Source: Vulcanimicrobiaceae bacterium
Lineage (GTDB): Bacteria; Vulcanimicrobiota; Vulcanimicrobiia; Vulcanimicrobiales; Vulcanimicrobiaceae
Reading direction: 5' to 3'
Length of the DNA: 16,848 nt
Assembly: GCA_046262595.1 (NCBI GenBank)
Contig: JBHEMM010000045.1
Span: forward strand, 1-16,848
A model generated the notes under the pieces. It was not told the DNA's origin. It saw nothing but the letters and a program-made list of their open reading frames with translations, and ran no database searches. Shown here piece after piece: positions 7,927-16,300 of this stretch; within the stretch, counting starts at the first letter, position 1, and each line of letters starts with the position of its first letter. The translations under genes and the position numbers were made by a program.

Positions 7927-8319
7927 ATGAAAACGGCATCAACGATTGCACGCCTTCTGCTTGGCCTGCTGTTTGTGGTGGTAGGCGTGAACGGCTTCTT
8001 GCTGTTCATGCCTCCCCGGCCGACCGGCATCCCCCCGAACGCCGCCGCATTCAGCGGCGCGATGTTCGCCTCGCACTACATGTACGTGACCGCCGGCACG
8101 CAAGTGCTCGCGGGGATTCTCCTGCTGGTGAACCGGTACGTGCCGTTTGCGATCGTCGTATTGGCGGCGGTGCTGGTCAACATTCTCGCGTTCCACCTCA
8201 CGATGTGGCCGCAAACGCTGTTTCCGATGCCCGTACTTGCGGTTATCTTGTGGTTTCTCACGGCGTGGCCGCTTCGCGCGCACTTCGCCCCGTTGTTTGC
8301 GCGCACGGTAAAGGTGTAG
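7927..8319 (+). CDS. DoxX-family membrane protein
   Basis: IARLLLGLLFVVVGVNGF...QVLAGILLL..RYVPFA...VNILAFH, with about 4 hydrophobic segments. Starts immediately after the VOC stop (TAAATG). Confidence 0.85.
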   Translation: MKTASTIARLLLGLLFVVVGVNGFLLFMPPRPTGIPPNAAAFSGAMFASHYMYVTAGTQVLAGILLLVNRYVPFAIVVLAAVLVNILAFHLTMWPQTLFPMPVLAVILWFLTAWPLRAHFAPLFARTVKV

Positions 8320-8350
8320 AGCGGCCGCGACCGCCGTGCGCCGCGCGGCT

Positions 8351-10483
8351 CTACGTCCCTCTGCCGGCTCCGAAATAGTGGATCCACTTCATAATGAACT
8401 CCGGGACGGTTGAAAAGGCGCTCGCATCGCCGTACACGGCATAGATTTCATCTGTGCCGTTAAACGTCCGATGGTACGCCGCGGAGAGGTTCCACCCGCT
8501 TTGAAAAGGCGGCACGCGGTCGATCATCGGGGGCGTGCCGATGATGCGGCGCACGCCGAATGCCAGCGACTCATCGCTGTTCGCTTGATACGTGTAAGCG
8601 GCGCGCTCGAGCCATTGGTGGTAGGCGCCCCCGGCATCGAGCATTTGCGTATTGCCGTCGACTTCGAAGGAAAGCAAGCCGCGCCGGGCTGCGCGCATCG
8701 TTGACGTGAACGTGAGCGAGTTCAAGCGCCCGGGGCCGAACCGGCCCGTGGAGTAACCAATCGTCGTCGGCGTCGCACTAGAGCCGTGCTGCGCGCCGTT
8801 GTTGATGCTCGAGTTCTCCGCGCCGCTGCCGAACGTTAGAAAGACGCCATTTTGCGTGACGGGATAGAACGGTTCATCCGGTGTCAGCCGCACGTAACTG
8901 GAACCGCTTTGCACGTTGACGTCCAGCAAACCGCGAGTGAGCAGATCCAGCGCGATGCTTTGGTCTCCCTGATCGAGCTGTCCGGTGCGGTCGTGGTAGC
9001 GATCGAAGAACAGCGAATACGTGAGACTGCGCAGCGGGGCGCCGGGCTTGAAAAGATCGGTGTGCGCGAAAAAACTGCCCCAGCCCGCGATGTCGGGGTG
9101 CCACACGAAGCCGTCGGCGGGATTGAAGTATTGGCCCACTTTGCGCACCGTGACGGCGGCGATCGTCTGCGGCGTCTGCCAGCCGGCGCCGAAGTCGTAG
9201 AGCTGGGCCCGGCGTCCGGATTGCACGTTCGTGCCGCGATCGCTGCCGTAGTCGAAATACCCGAAGACGTGTTTGTGGTCGGAATATGTCGTGCCCAGCT
9301 CCAGAGCATCATCGGAAAAGCCGGGTTGATACATGCCCACGCGCTGAATGGACGCGGAGACCGTGTGACTGCTGTTGTGCCAGCTCAGCGCTTGCGCGCC
9401 GTCGGTCCGATCGTCGCCCGTCGCATCGAAGGCGCCGTAGGTGACCTGCCCCTGTTTGCCTTCGACGGCGAAACCGCGGCGCGGCGTGGGAATCGCCGGC
9501 GTGTACAGGGTCGTGATGCCGTTGCACAGGTCGCACGAAAAGTTGTTATAGGCCGCATTGCCTTGCGTGAAAAACGGCCGCACTTCTCTGTAATACCGGC
9601 GGAAAGCCGTTGGCGAAATCGACTGCTGGTCCAGTTCGACGTTGGAATAGTCGGGATGGATCGTGCCGTAAAACGACGACGTGGCGGTATAAGGCACCGA
9701 AAAATCCAAACCGGTGCGCGAGGTAGAGCCGCCCGCGGAAGCGCCGGCGATGCTGCCCAAATTGTAGAGTTCCAGCCGCGGCTTCGGGCGAACGGCGACG
9801 GCGCGAATTCCGGTCATCGCGCCTGCGTACACCGACGTCGTGGGATCGGTTTCATTTACGTCGTACGACCACACGTCGATGTCGCCCGTCGCTTCGACGC
9901 GCCGCGAAAACTGCACGAGCCACTGATGCGAAGCCGCGCCGTGAATTGCGGAGAGCGGGATCTTCATCGTGACGACGTACTCGCCCGCGCGAACCGTTCC
10001 GGCGGACCACCACGACGGCCGGTATCCGGAGTTTTCCGACGAGCTTTGGTAGTGCGTGCCGATGGGATTCGCGCTGAACTGATAGAAAAATCCGTTCGTT
10101 CCGCCGGGCCAAAGATCGACGTCCACTTCATCATCGGTGCCTTGGCCCGCATCGTTCGTATGCTGCGTCGCGACGATCGCCGAACGCTGTTTCGCATCGA
10201 ACGCGACGTACAGGTAGGTGCCGTCCGTCACGACATATGCCGACGTCGCATCGGGCGCCGCTTTGTGTCCTTGCAAATCCCACGCTAGCGACACCGGCTG
10301 CGCATGCTGCCAGGCCGGGTGCTGCAGCGATCCGTCAACCGGCGGCCCGGCGGAAACGGTGCCCACGGCCAGCGCCGCCGCGGCGGCTGCGGCATGCGCC
10401 CAAAGCGGCAGAACGATAGCGCAGAACATTGCCGCCGGTACGATGCGGACCACGAGTCTTTGAACGACAGTCAGAGCGGCCAC
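8351..10483 (-). CDS. Exported protein with a CBM9/DOMON-like N-terminal domain and a DUF5916-like probable outer-membrane beta-barrel
   Basis: SD TAAGGAG plus GTG start and a signal peptide. PPVDGSL..PAW, T.AYV..D..YLYVAFDA, DD.V.V.L, F..NP.GT and Y.V.M.IPLS are CBM9-like; TIHPDYSNVELD...YY.E.RPFF is DUF5916-like; the C-terminal half has alternating aromatic beta-strands. Confidence 0.75.
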   Translation of the reverse strand: MAALTVVQRLVVRIVPAAMFCAIVLPLWAHAAAAAAALAVGTVSAGPPVDGSLQHPAWQHAQPVSLAWDLQGHKAAPDATSAYVVTDGTYLYVAFDAKQRSAIVATQHTNDAGQGTDDEVDVDLWPGGTNGFFYQFSANPIGTHYQSSSENSGYRPSWWSAGTVRAGEYVVTMKIPLSAIHGAASHQWLVQFSRRVEATGDIDVWSYDVNETDPTTSVYAGAMTGIRAVAVRPKPRLELYNLGSIAGASAGGSTSRTGLDFSVPYTATSSFYGTIHPDYSNVELDQQSISPTAFRRYYREVRPFFTQGNAAYNNFSCDLCNGITTLYTPAIPTPRRGFAVEGKQGQVTYGAFDATGDDRTDGAQALSWHNSSHTVSASIQRVGMYQPGFSDDALELGTTYSDHKHVFGYFDYGSDRGTNVQSGRRAQLYDFGAGWQTPQTIAAVTVRKVGQYFNPADGFVWHPDIAGWGSFFAHTDLFKPGAPLRSLTYSLFFDRYHDRTGQLDQGDQSIALDLLTRGLLDVNVQSGSSYVRLTPDEPFYPVTQNGVFLTFGSGAENSSINNGAQHGSSATPTTIGYSTGRFGPGRLNSLTFTSTMRAARRGLLSFEVDGNTQMLDAGGAYHQWLERAAYTYQANSDESLAFGVRRIIGTPPMIDRVPPFQSGWNLSAAYHRTFNGTDEIYAVYGDASAFSTVPEFIMKWIHYFGAGRGT

Positions 10484-10553
10484 GATACGTCTCCTTATAG
10501 GCGCGCCGAAACAAGCGTATGGCGCACGCCTTGAATGCAGAACTAATTCAGGA

Positions 10554-12608
10554 CTAGGGTGTCGTTTGGAAGCCGGTGCCGTTTACGATGTGTGCGCCGC
10601 CTTGGGTGAGCAGTGAGGTGTCTACGCCGTCAAAGCGGCAATTGATGAACGTCGTTCCGGTTACGTGCGCTCCGTCGAACCGCGACTGCCGGAAGTCCAC
10701 GCCGGTAAAGGTCGATCCGGAAAGGTTTGCACCCGTGAGATCGGATCGTTCCAGGTCGACGCCGGTCACTCGAAAGTGGATATCGGCGCCGTGCAGATCG
10801 AAACCGCTGAAGTCGCAGCCGCTACTGCAGCCCCGCAGCAATGCCGTTGCCTGCGAGGGCACCGCCTTCACGCCGCTCACATCGCAAGCCACCATTTTAA
10901 CGCCGGTAAAGTCGGCTTGAGCGATGTCGGCATTGCTCAAATCGCATTCAGTCAACCGCGCGTTGGCAAAACTCGCATGACGAAGGTCCGCGCCGCTGAA
11001 ATCACTTCGAATGAGCACGGTGTTCGAGAAGTCGGCGTTTTGGGCGTTCGCGCGGGAAAAGTCGGAACCGATTATGCGCTGCCCGCGGAAGCTGCGGCCC
11101 GATACATTTTTACCGCTGTAATCGCAGCCCATGCAGTTGAAGTTTCCGCCGCGCGGGCCGGCGTTGAATGCCTGCTTCATCGCGTCGTTGACTTGGCGCG
11201 AAATCTGGGCGCCGAAATCGGCTGGAAAAAGTGAGCCCGGGGGCATCGGCGGCATCGGCGGCATCGACGGACGAACGATGTGCACGTGACGCGACGGAAT
11301 GTCGACGTTGACCGCCGGGATATGAATCGTGCGCGCCGGAATGTGGATGTGATTCCCCGGAATGTACAGGTCTGTTGCCGAAGGCTTCGGCGCCGGCGCG
11401 GCCGTTGCCGGTGCCACGGCGACTTCCGTCTTGCGGACGATGAGCGTGTGCCGGGCGATCGGCGTTTTCGCGACGATCTTCGCGGGCGGGTTGGCAGAAT
11501 TCATTTGCGGTAACGTGAACGCGAACGACGGCGCGACGCTTTGCAAAACGAAGAACATGACGACGAGCGCGGCCACCACGGCGCCGGCCGGACCCATCGA
11601 AACGGTGGTGTGAACGTTGCGGCCGGCGCGAAGCAGACGCTCGACCCGAATCGACAGACCGCGGCGCGTAACAAAGACGCCGGGCGCCGCTAAAGGACGA
11701 TGCGGCCATGCCGTCACTTCGGCCATTTTTGTTAAACACGTGGCGTAGGGCCGCACGTTTTTCGTTTGGTGCAGCACCCAATCGTCGCAGGCGACTTCGC
11801 GTTCCAGGTCGAGCTGCTGCGCGACGTACAGGATGGCGGGATTGAAGAACAACAGCGCTTGAATCAGGCGTTGCACGCCGTTGGTCCAGTCGTCCGCGCG
11901 CCGCAGATGGCCCAGTTCGTGCAGCATGATCTGATCGATCTCGCCGGGCGAGAGCGAGTCCAGCAGATGCCGCGGAATTAAAATCATCGAATCGAAGATT
12001 CCGACGGCCACCGGCACGTCGGTGTCGTCACAGATGCACAGACGCGCCTCGCGCGCGCCCTTGTCGGCGGCGGTCCACTGCGCGAGCCGTTCGCGGTACT
12101 CGATCGGAAGCGGCAGCGCGTCGCGTTTGAGGCGCTCGAGCCGCCACAGGTTCAGCGCCAAACGCGCCAGCAGCAACAGCGCGGCAAGCGCCCAAGCGGC
12201 AAAGAGCGCGAGCGCGACGTACTCCGGAAGTGAAAAACGCAGCCGTGAAGGCACGCGGAATGCGCTGCGCGCGGCGGCCGGTCCCGACTGCATCGAATGC
12301 GGCGCGGCGGCGGCTTTCGCCGGCACGATCGCGGCGCTCGTGCGTGTGACGGCAACGCGATGCGATGCCGTCCATACGTGTGCCTGCTCGACGCTGATGT
12401 GCGGAACAGCCGTCAGTACCGGCAGCAGCAGCGAGCCCGCGAGCGCCACGCACCACGCTGCATAGCGTGTGCTCGCGTTCACGTTCGGAACCAGTCGCAG
12501 GATCGCCCAAACGGCGAATACCAGAATGGCCGCTTCCCATACACTATTGAAAAGCGCAGCAACCGTGATGCGCGCGACCGGCTCGATGGAACTGATGAAC
12601 GGCGGCAT
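10554..12608 (-). CDS. M56 (BlaR1/MecR1-like) membrane metallopeptidase fused to C-terminal pentapeptide repeats
   Basis: N-terminal TM helices with the ASTRYAAW motif; zinc motif HELGH (11921-11907) followed by RRADDW, LFFNP and EREVACDDWV; a further TM helix; a Pro-rich linker; about 30 [F/L]-x-x-x-[D/N] pentapeptide units. Confidence 0.92.
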   Translation of the reverse strand: MPPFISSIEPVARITVAALFNSVWEAAILVFAVWAILRLVPNVNASTRYAAWCVALAGSLLLPVLTAVPHISVEQAHVWTASHRVAVTRTSAAIVPAKAAAAPHSMQSGPAAARSAFRVPSRLRFSLPEYVALALFAAWALAALLLLARLALNLWRLERLKRDALPLPIEYRERLAQWTAADKGAREARLCICDDTDVPVAVGIFDSMILIPRHLLDSLSPGEIDQIMLHELGHLRRADDWTNGVQRLIQALLFFNPAILYVAQQLDLEREVACDDWVLHQTKNVRPYATCLTKMAEVTAWPHRPLAAPGVFVTRRGLSIRVERLLRAGRNVHTTVSMGPAGAVVAALVVMFFVLQSVAPSFAFTLPQMNSANPPAKIVAKTPIARHTLIVRKTEVAVAPATAAPAPKPSATDLYIPGNHIHIPARTIHIPAVNVDIPSRHVHIVRPSMPPMPPMPPGSLFPADFGAQISRQVNDAMKQAFNAGPRGGNFNCMGCDYSGKNVSGRSFRGQRIIGSDFSRANAQNADFSNTVLIRSDFSGADLRHASFANARLTECDLSNADIAQADFTGVKMVACDVSGVKAVPSQATALLRGCSSGCDFSGFDLHGADIHFRVTGVDLERSDLTGANLSGSTFTGVDFRQSRFDGAHVTGTTFINCRFDGVDTSLLTQGGAHIVNGTGFQTTP
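10620..11135 (-). repeat. Coding pentapeptide repeats (two blocks) in the M56 protein
   Basis: CMGCD YSGKN VSGRS FRGQR IIGSD FSRAN AQNAD FSNTV LIRSD FSGAD LRHAS FANAR LTECD LSNAD..., then CSSGCD FSGFD LHGAD...LERSD LTGAN LSGST FTGVD FRQSR FDGAH. Confidence 0.9.
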
Positions 12609-12991
12609 TAGCGCTGCTCCTCGTACTGCTCGATAAGTTTCTTGAGACGCTCGAGTTCTTCGTCGCTCGGGCGATGATCCTCAACCAAACGTAGCGCCAG
12701 CGCGCCGGATTTGTTTCCGAAAAAGCGCTGCACGAGCTGACCGACGGCAGAATTGGCGGCGTCGTCGCGTTGGACGAGTGGCTGGTAGACGTACGCACGG
12801 CCTTCTTCTTGGTGGTTGACGTAGCCCTTTTGCTCGAGGATGCGCATCGTGGTGAGGATCGTGTTGTAGGCCAGCGGCGGCGGCGGCAGCGCTTCGTTGA
12901 CCTCGGCGACGGTCGCCCGGCCCTTCTGCCAAAGGACGTCCATGAGACGCAGCTCCGCCTCGGTGAGGGTGGACGACTTTTTCCGGGCCAT
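12608..12991 (-). CDS. BlaI/MecI/CopY family transcriptional repressor
   Basis: LTEAELRLMDVLW..G.ATV.EV...L...LAYNTILT.M..LEQKGYV.....GRAYVY.PL...LV.RFFG...L...L. SD GGAGG; the stop overlaps the M56 start (TAATG). Confidence 0.95.
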   Translation of the reverse strand: MARKKSSTLTEAELRLMDVLWQKGRATVAEVNEALPPPPLAYNTILTTMRILEQKGYVNHQEEGRAYVYQPLVQRDDAANSAVGQLVQRFFGNKSGALALRLVEDHRPSDEELERLKKLIEQYEEQR

Positions 12992-13011
12992 GCGGTACCT
13001 CCACTCGTCTA

Positions 13012-13070
13012 AACTAATTCCTTAGGAGACTATACCGCCCGGTCGACCGCGTGTCAACTAATAGTTTAAG
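13012..13070 (-). promoter_or_regulatory. Near-consensus sigma70 promoter of the blaI-like operon flanked by two candidate operators
   Basis: TTGACA (13057-13052), 17 nt, TATAGT (13034-13029). Dyads CTAA-N4-TTAG (13014-13025) and CTAA-N4-TTAA (13058-13069), both starting AACTAAT on the + strand. Confidence 0.8.
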
Positions 13071-13384
13071 AGCCACCGCGCCGGAAATATCCGCCACTTC
13101 CCAAACCGACCGGTTCCGGCCGTAAGCGCGCGGCGCTTGCCATGCGTATGGCACGCCACGGCGTTATGATCGTGCCATGAAGTGGAACCCGCTCGGCGGC
13201 CGCTTTGAGCCGGATCCCATTTGTAGCGGTCAAAACCGCTCGCCCCTTCTGTCCACGTGATTGAGGAACTCGAAAAGGCGACCGCGCCTTCCAATGCGCG
13301 AACCGCAAACGCCACACGTATGGCATGCCACCGAACCGGCTCCGGCATGACGCAGGGAGCAGACCGCGAACGAATGGAGACAAG

Positions 13385-16300
13385 GTGCAACTGATTGATG
13401 GACGCTACGTCTATTCAGCGTCTGATTTAAACAATTACCTCGAGTGCAAGCATCTGACCGAGCTCGATCGGCAGGTAGCACGCGGGGAACGAACGCGCCC
13501 GCCGCGCGATGCCGGCACGGATCTGATCGCACGAAAAGGCGACGAGCACGAACGCCGCTACTTGGAACGCCTTCGCGACTTGTATGGTGACGGCGTCGTG
13601 GCGTTCGAAGAACGCGCGGAAAACAGCACTGCCGGCCTGCTGGCCGCCGAAGCGCAGACCGTAGCGGCGATGGCGCAAGGCGCGCACTTGATCTATCAGG
13701 CGACGTTTTTCGACGGTGAGTTTTTGGGCCGCGCCGATTTCTTGCGCCGCATCGAGGTGCCGTGCGAGCGATGGGCGTGGAGCTACGAGGTCATCGACAC
13801 GAAGCTCGCTCTCAGCCCCAAGCCGTACTTTCTGATTCAGCTCTGCCATTACAGCGAGCACCTCGCGCGCATCCAGGGCACGACGCCGCGCTACGGCTAC
13901 ATCGTGCTGGGCAGCAGCGAGGAGCGCCGCTTCACACTCAGCGACTACTCCGCGTACTACCGCCACGTGAAGCGCTCACTGCTGGACTCCGACTCTCACG
14001 CTGAGCCCGTTGAAGCACCGCCGAAGCCGCAAACCTACCCCTTGGAATGCACGCATTGCGCAATCTGCCCCTGGGACGTCACCTGCGAAAAACAACGTGA
14101 TGACGACGACCACTTGAGCATCGTCGCGGGCATGCGCGGCGATCAGATCAACAAGCTGCAAGGCGCCGGCATCACGACGTTAGCGCAGCTCGCGTGCGCA
14201 ACGGCGGAGCAGCGGCCGCATAAAATGTCCGAAGTGACGTTCGACTATGTGCGCACGCAGGCGGCGCAGCAGCACTTGCACCGCCAAGCCAAACGCAACG
14301 GCGATGGCATCAAGCACTTTTACAAGTTCCGCCCGCAAGCCGACGATCTGAGCGGCTTTGCCAAACTGCCCGAGCCGGCCGCCGGCGACGTCTTCTTCGA
14401 CATCGAAGGCGACCCGCTGTACCGCGCGGACCGCGGCTTGGAATACTTGTGGGGTGTGTACGTTCCGCCGTGTCACCCGGAAGGCATCGAAGGGGCGTAT
14501 CGCGCGTTTTGGGCCAAAGAGCCGGCGCAGGAACAAAAGGCGTTCGAGGATTTCGTCGATTTCGTCGTCGAGCGGCGCAAGCAGTATCCCAAGATGCACG
14601 TCTACCACTACGCGGCCTACGAAGTCTCGGTGCTCAAACGGCTGATGGGGCGCTTCGCATCACGCGAACGTGAAGTGGACGACTTTTTGCGCCAAGGCGT
14701 CTTCATCGATTTATATCCGGTGGTGCGGCAAGGCATGTGGATCTCGCAGCCGTCGTATTCGATCAAGAAAGTCGAAGCGTTCTACGGCCTCAAGCGTTCG
14801 ACGCAAACCAAAGGCGGCGATGATTCGATCGTCATGTTTGAATCGTGGCTCGCGAGCGGCGACGATCGCATTCTGGAAGACATCCGCGCGTATAACGAGG
14901 ACGATTGCCGCTCGACCTATCAACTGCGCGAATGGCTCACGCATTTACGGCAGGAGCTGAATGCAACGCTGCAAGCGCCCATTGCCTGGCGGCCGGATCC
15001 GCAGGTGAAGCCGGCCGAGGATGATACCCGCACGGAACTCGAGCACGCATTGCTCGACAACCTGCCGGGTCCCGACTCGCTGCAGGACCTGCGCAATTGG
15101 TCGGAGCCGCTGCGCGCGCGCTGGCTGCTGGGCAATCTGCTGCAGTATCACCGCCGCGAGGCGAAGCCCGAATGGTGGAAGTATTTCGACCGCTGCAAGA
15201 ATCCCGAAGATCTGCTCGAGTTTGACGACGAGGCGATCGCGGGCCTGGAATGGTCCTGCGGCGTTGCGCCCTACAAGGTGAAGCCGACAGACCGCAACAG
15301 CGTCTACACGTACACGTTTCCCCCGCAGGAGCACCGGCTCGGCCGTAAGCCGCACGATCCGTATACGGAAAAGAGCGCGGGCGACATCGTTGCCCTCGAT
15401 GGGGCCGCCCGCCGGCTGCAGATCAAACTTGCCGGCGGTCTCGAGCCATCGCAGCTTCGCGCGCTGATTCCGGGAACGCCGATCGCAACGGTTAAGAAGC
15501 GCAAGGCGCTCGAAACAATCACGAGCGCGTATCTCAGTGGGAATCTTGAGACGCAGTTCGCCGCAACCGCCGGCATTCTCTTAAATCGGCCGCCGGTGCT
15601 AAACGATCGGCCTATCGGATCCACGGTGCAGCCCGAGGTCGTTTCGATTGAAAGCGTCACGGCCACCGTTCGCGCCTTAAACAACAGTCACTTATTCGTT
15701 CAAGGGCCGCCCGGTTCGGGAAAAAGCACCATCGGCGCTGCGGTTATCGTGAATCTCATCGCGGACGGCAAACGCGTCGGGATTGTGGCAAACAGCCACA
15801 AAGCGGTACACAACCTGCTACGCAAGGTCGAGGAAACCGCAAAAGTACGGGCCCTTCGCTTCAACGGCTGCCATAAAGAAACCGACACCGACGGTTCGAC
15901 ATATGAGCCGTATGCGGAGTGGCCGCTGATGCAGAGCGTTCAGGACATCGAGGAATTAACTGCTCAGGGCTGCCAACTTGCTGCCGGCACGACGTTTGCG
16001 TGGGCCGATGAGCGGCTTGTCGCGCAGTTTGACTACCTGTTTGTCGACGAAGCGGGGCAAGTCTCGCTCGCCGATGCGCTTGTTGCATCGCTTGCCGCCA
16101 AGAACGTTGTCTTGTTGGGAGATCCGCAGCAGCTGCCGCAAGTTTCGCAAGGGTCGCACCCGGTCGGCTGCGATTTATCGGTCCTTCAGCATCTGCTCGC
16201 CGACGCGGATACCGTTGCGCCCGAGCGCGGGCTTTTTCTCGATAAAACGTACCGAATGCACCCATCCATCTGCGCGTTTCTCTCAAACGCGGTCTACGAT

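Noticed and set aside
10554..12991. Beta-lactam resistance locus (blaI-blaR1-blaZ) or Qnr-type quinolone resistance
   Set aside because: There is no penicillin-binding sensor domain and no beta-lactamase gene. The pentapeptide repeats are fused behind a TM helix, unlike soluble Qnr/MfpA.
13148..13178. Sigma54 promoter suggested by TGGCACG on both strands
   Set aside because: Neither copy has the required TTGC -12 element 4 nt downstream.
13070..13384. CRISPR array or retron msr-msd next to the Cas4-like nuclease
   Set aside because: There are no regularly spaced identical repeats with unique spacers, and no cas1/cas2 or reverse transcriptase in the window.
13058..13390. Minus-strand ORFs of 105-110 aa in the blaI-helicase intergenic region
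   Set aside because: They have no SD and no recognisable motifs; they end at the blaI promoter, and one overlaps the helicase start.
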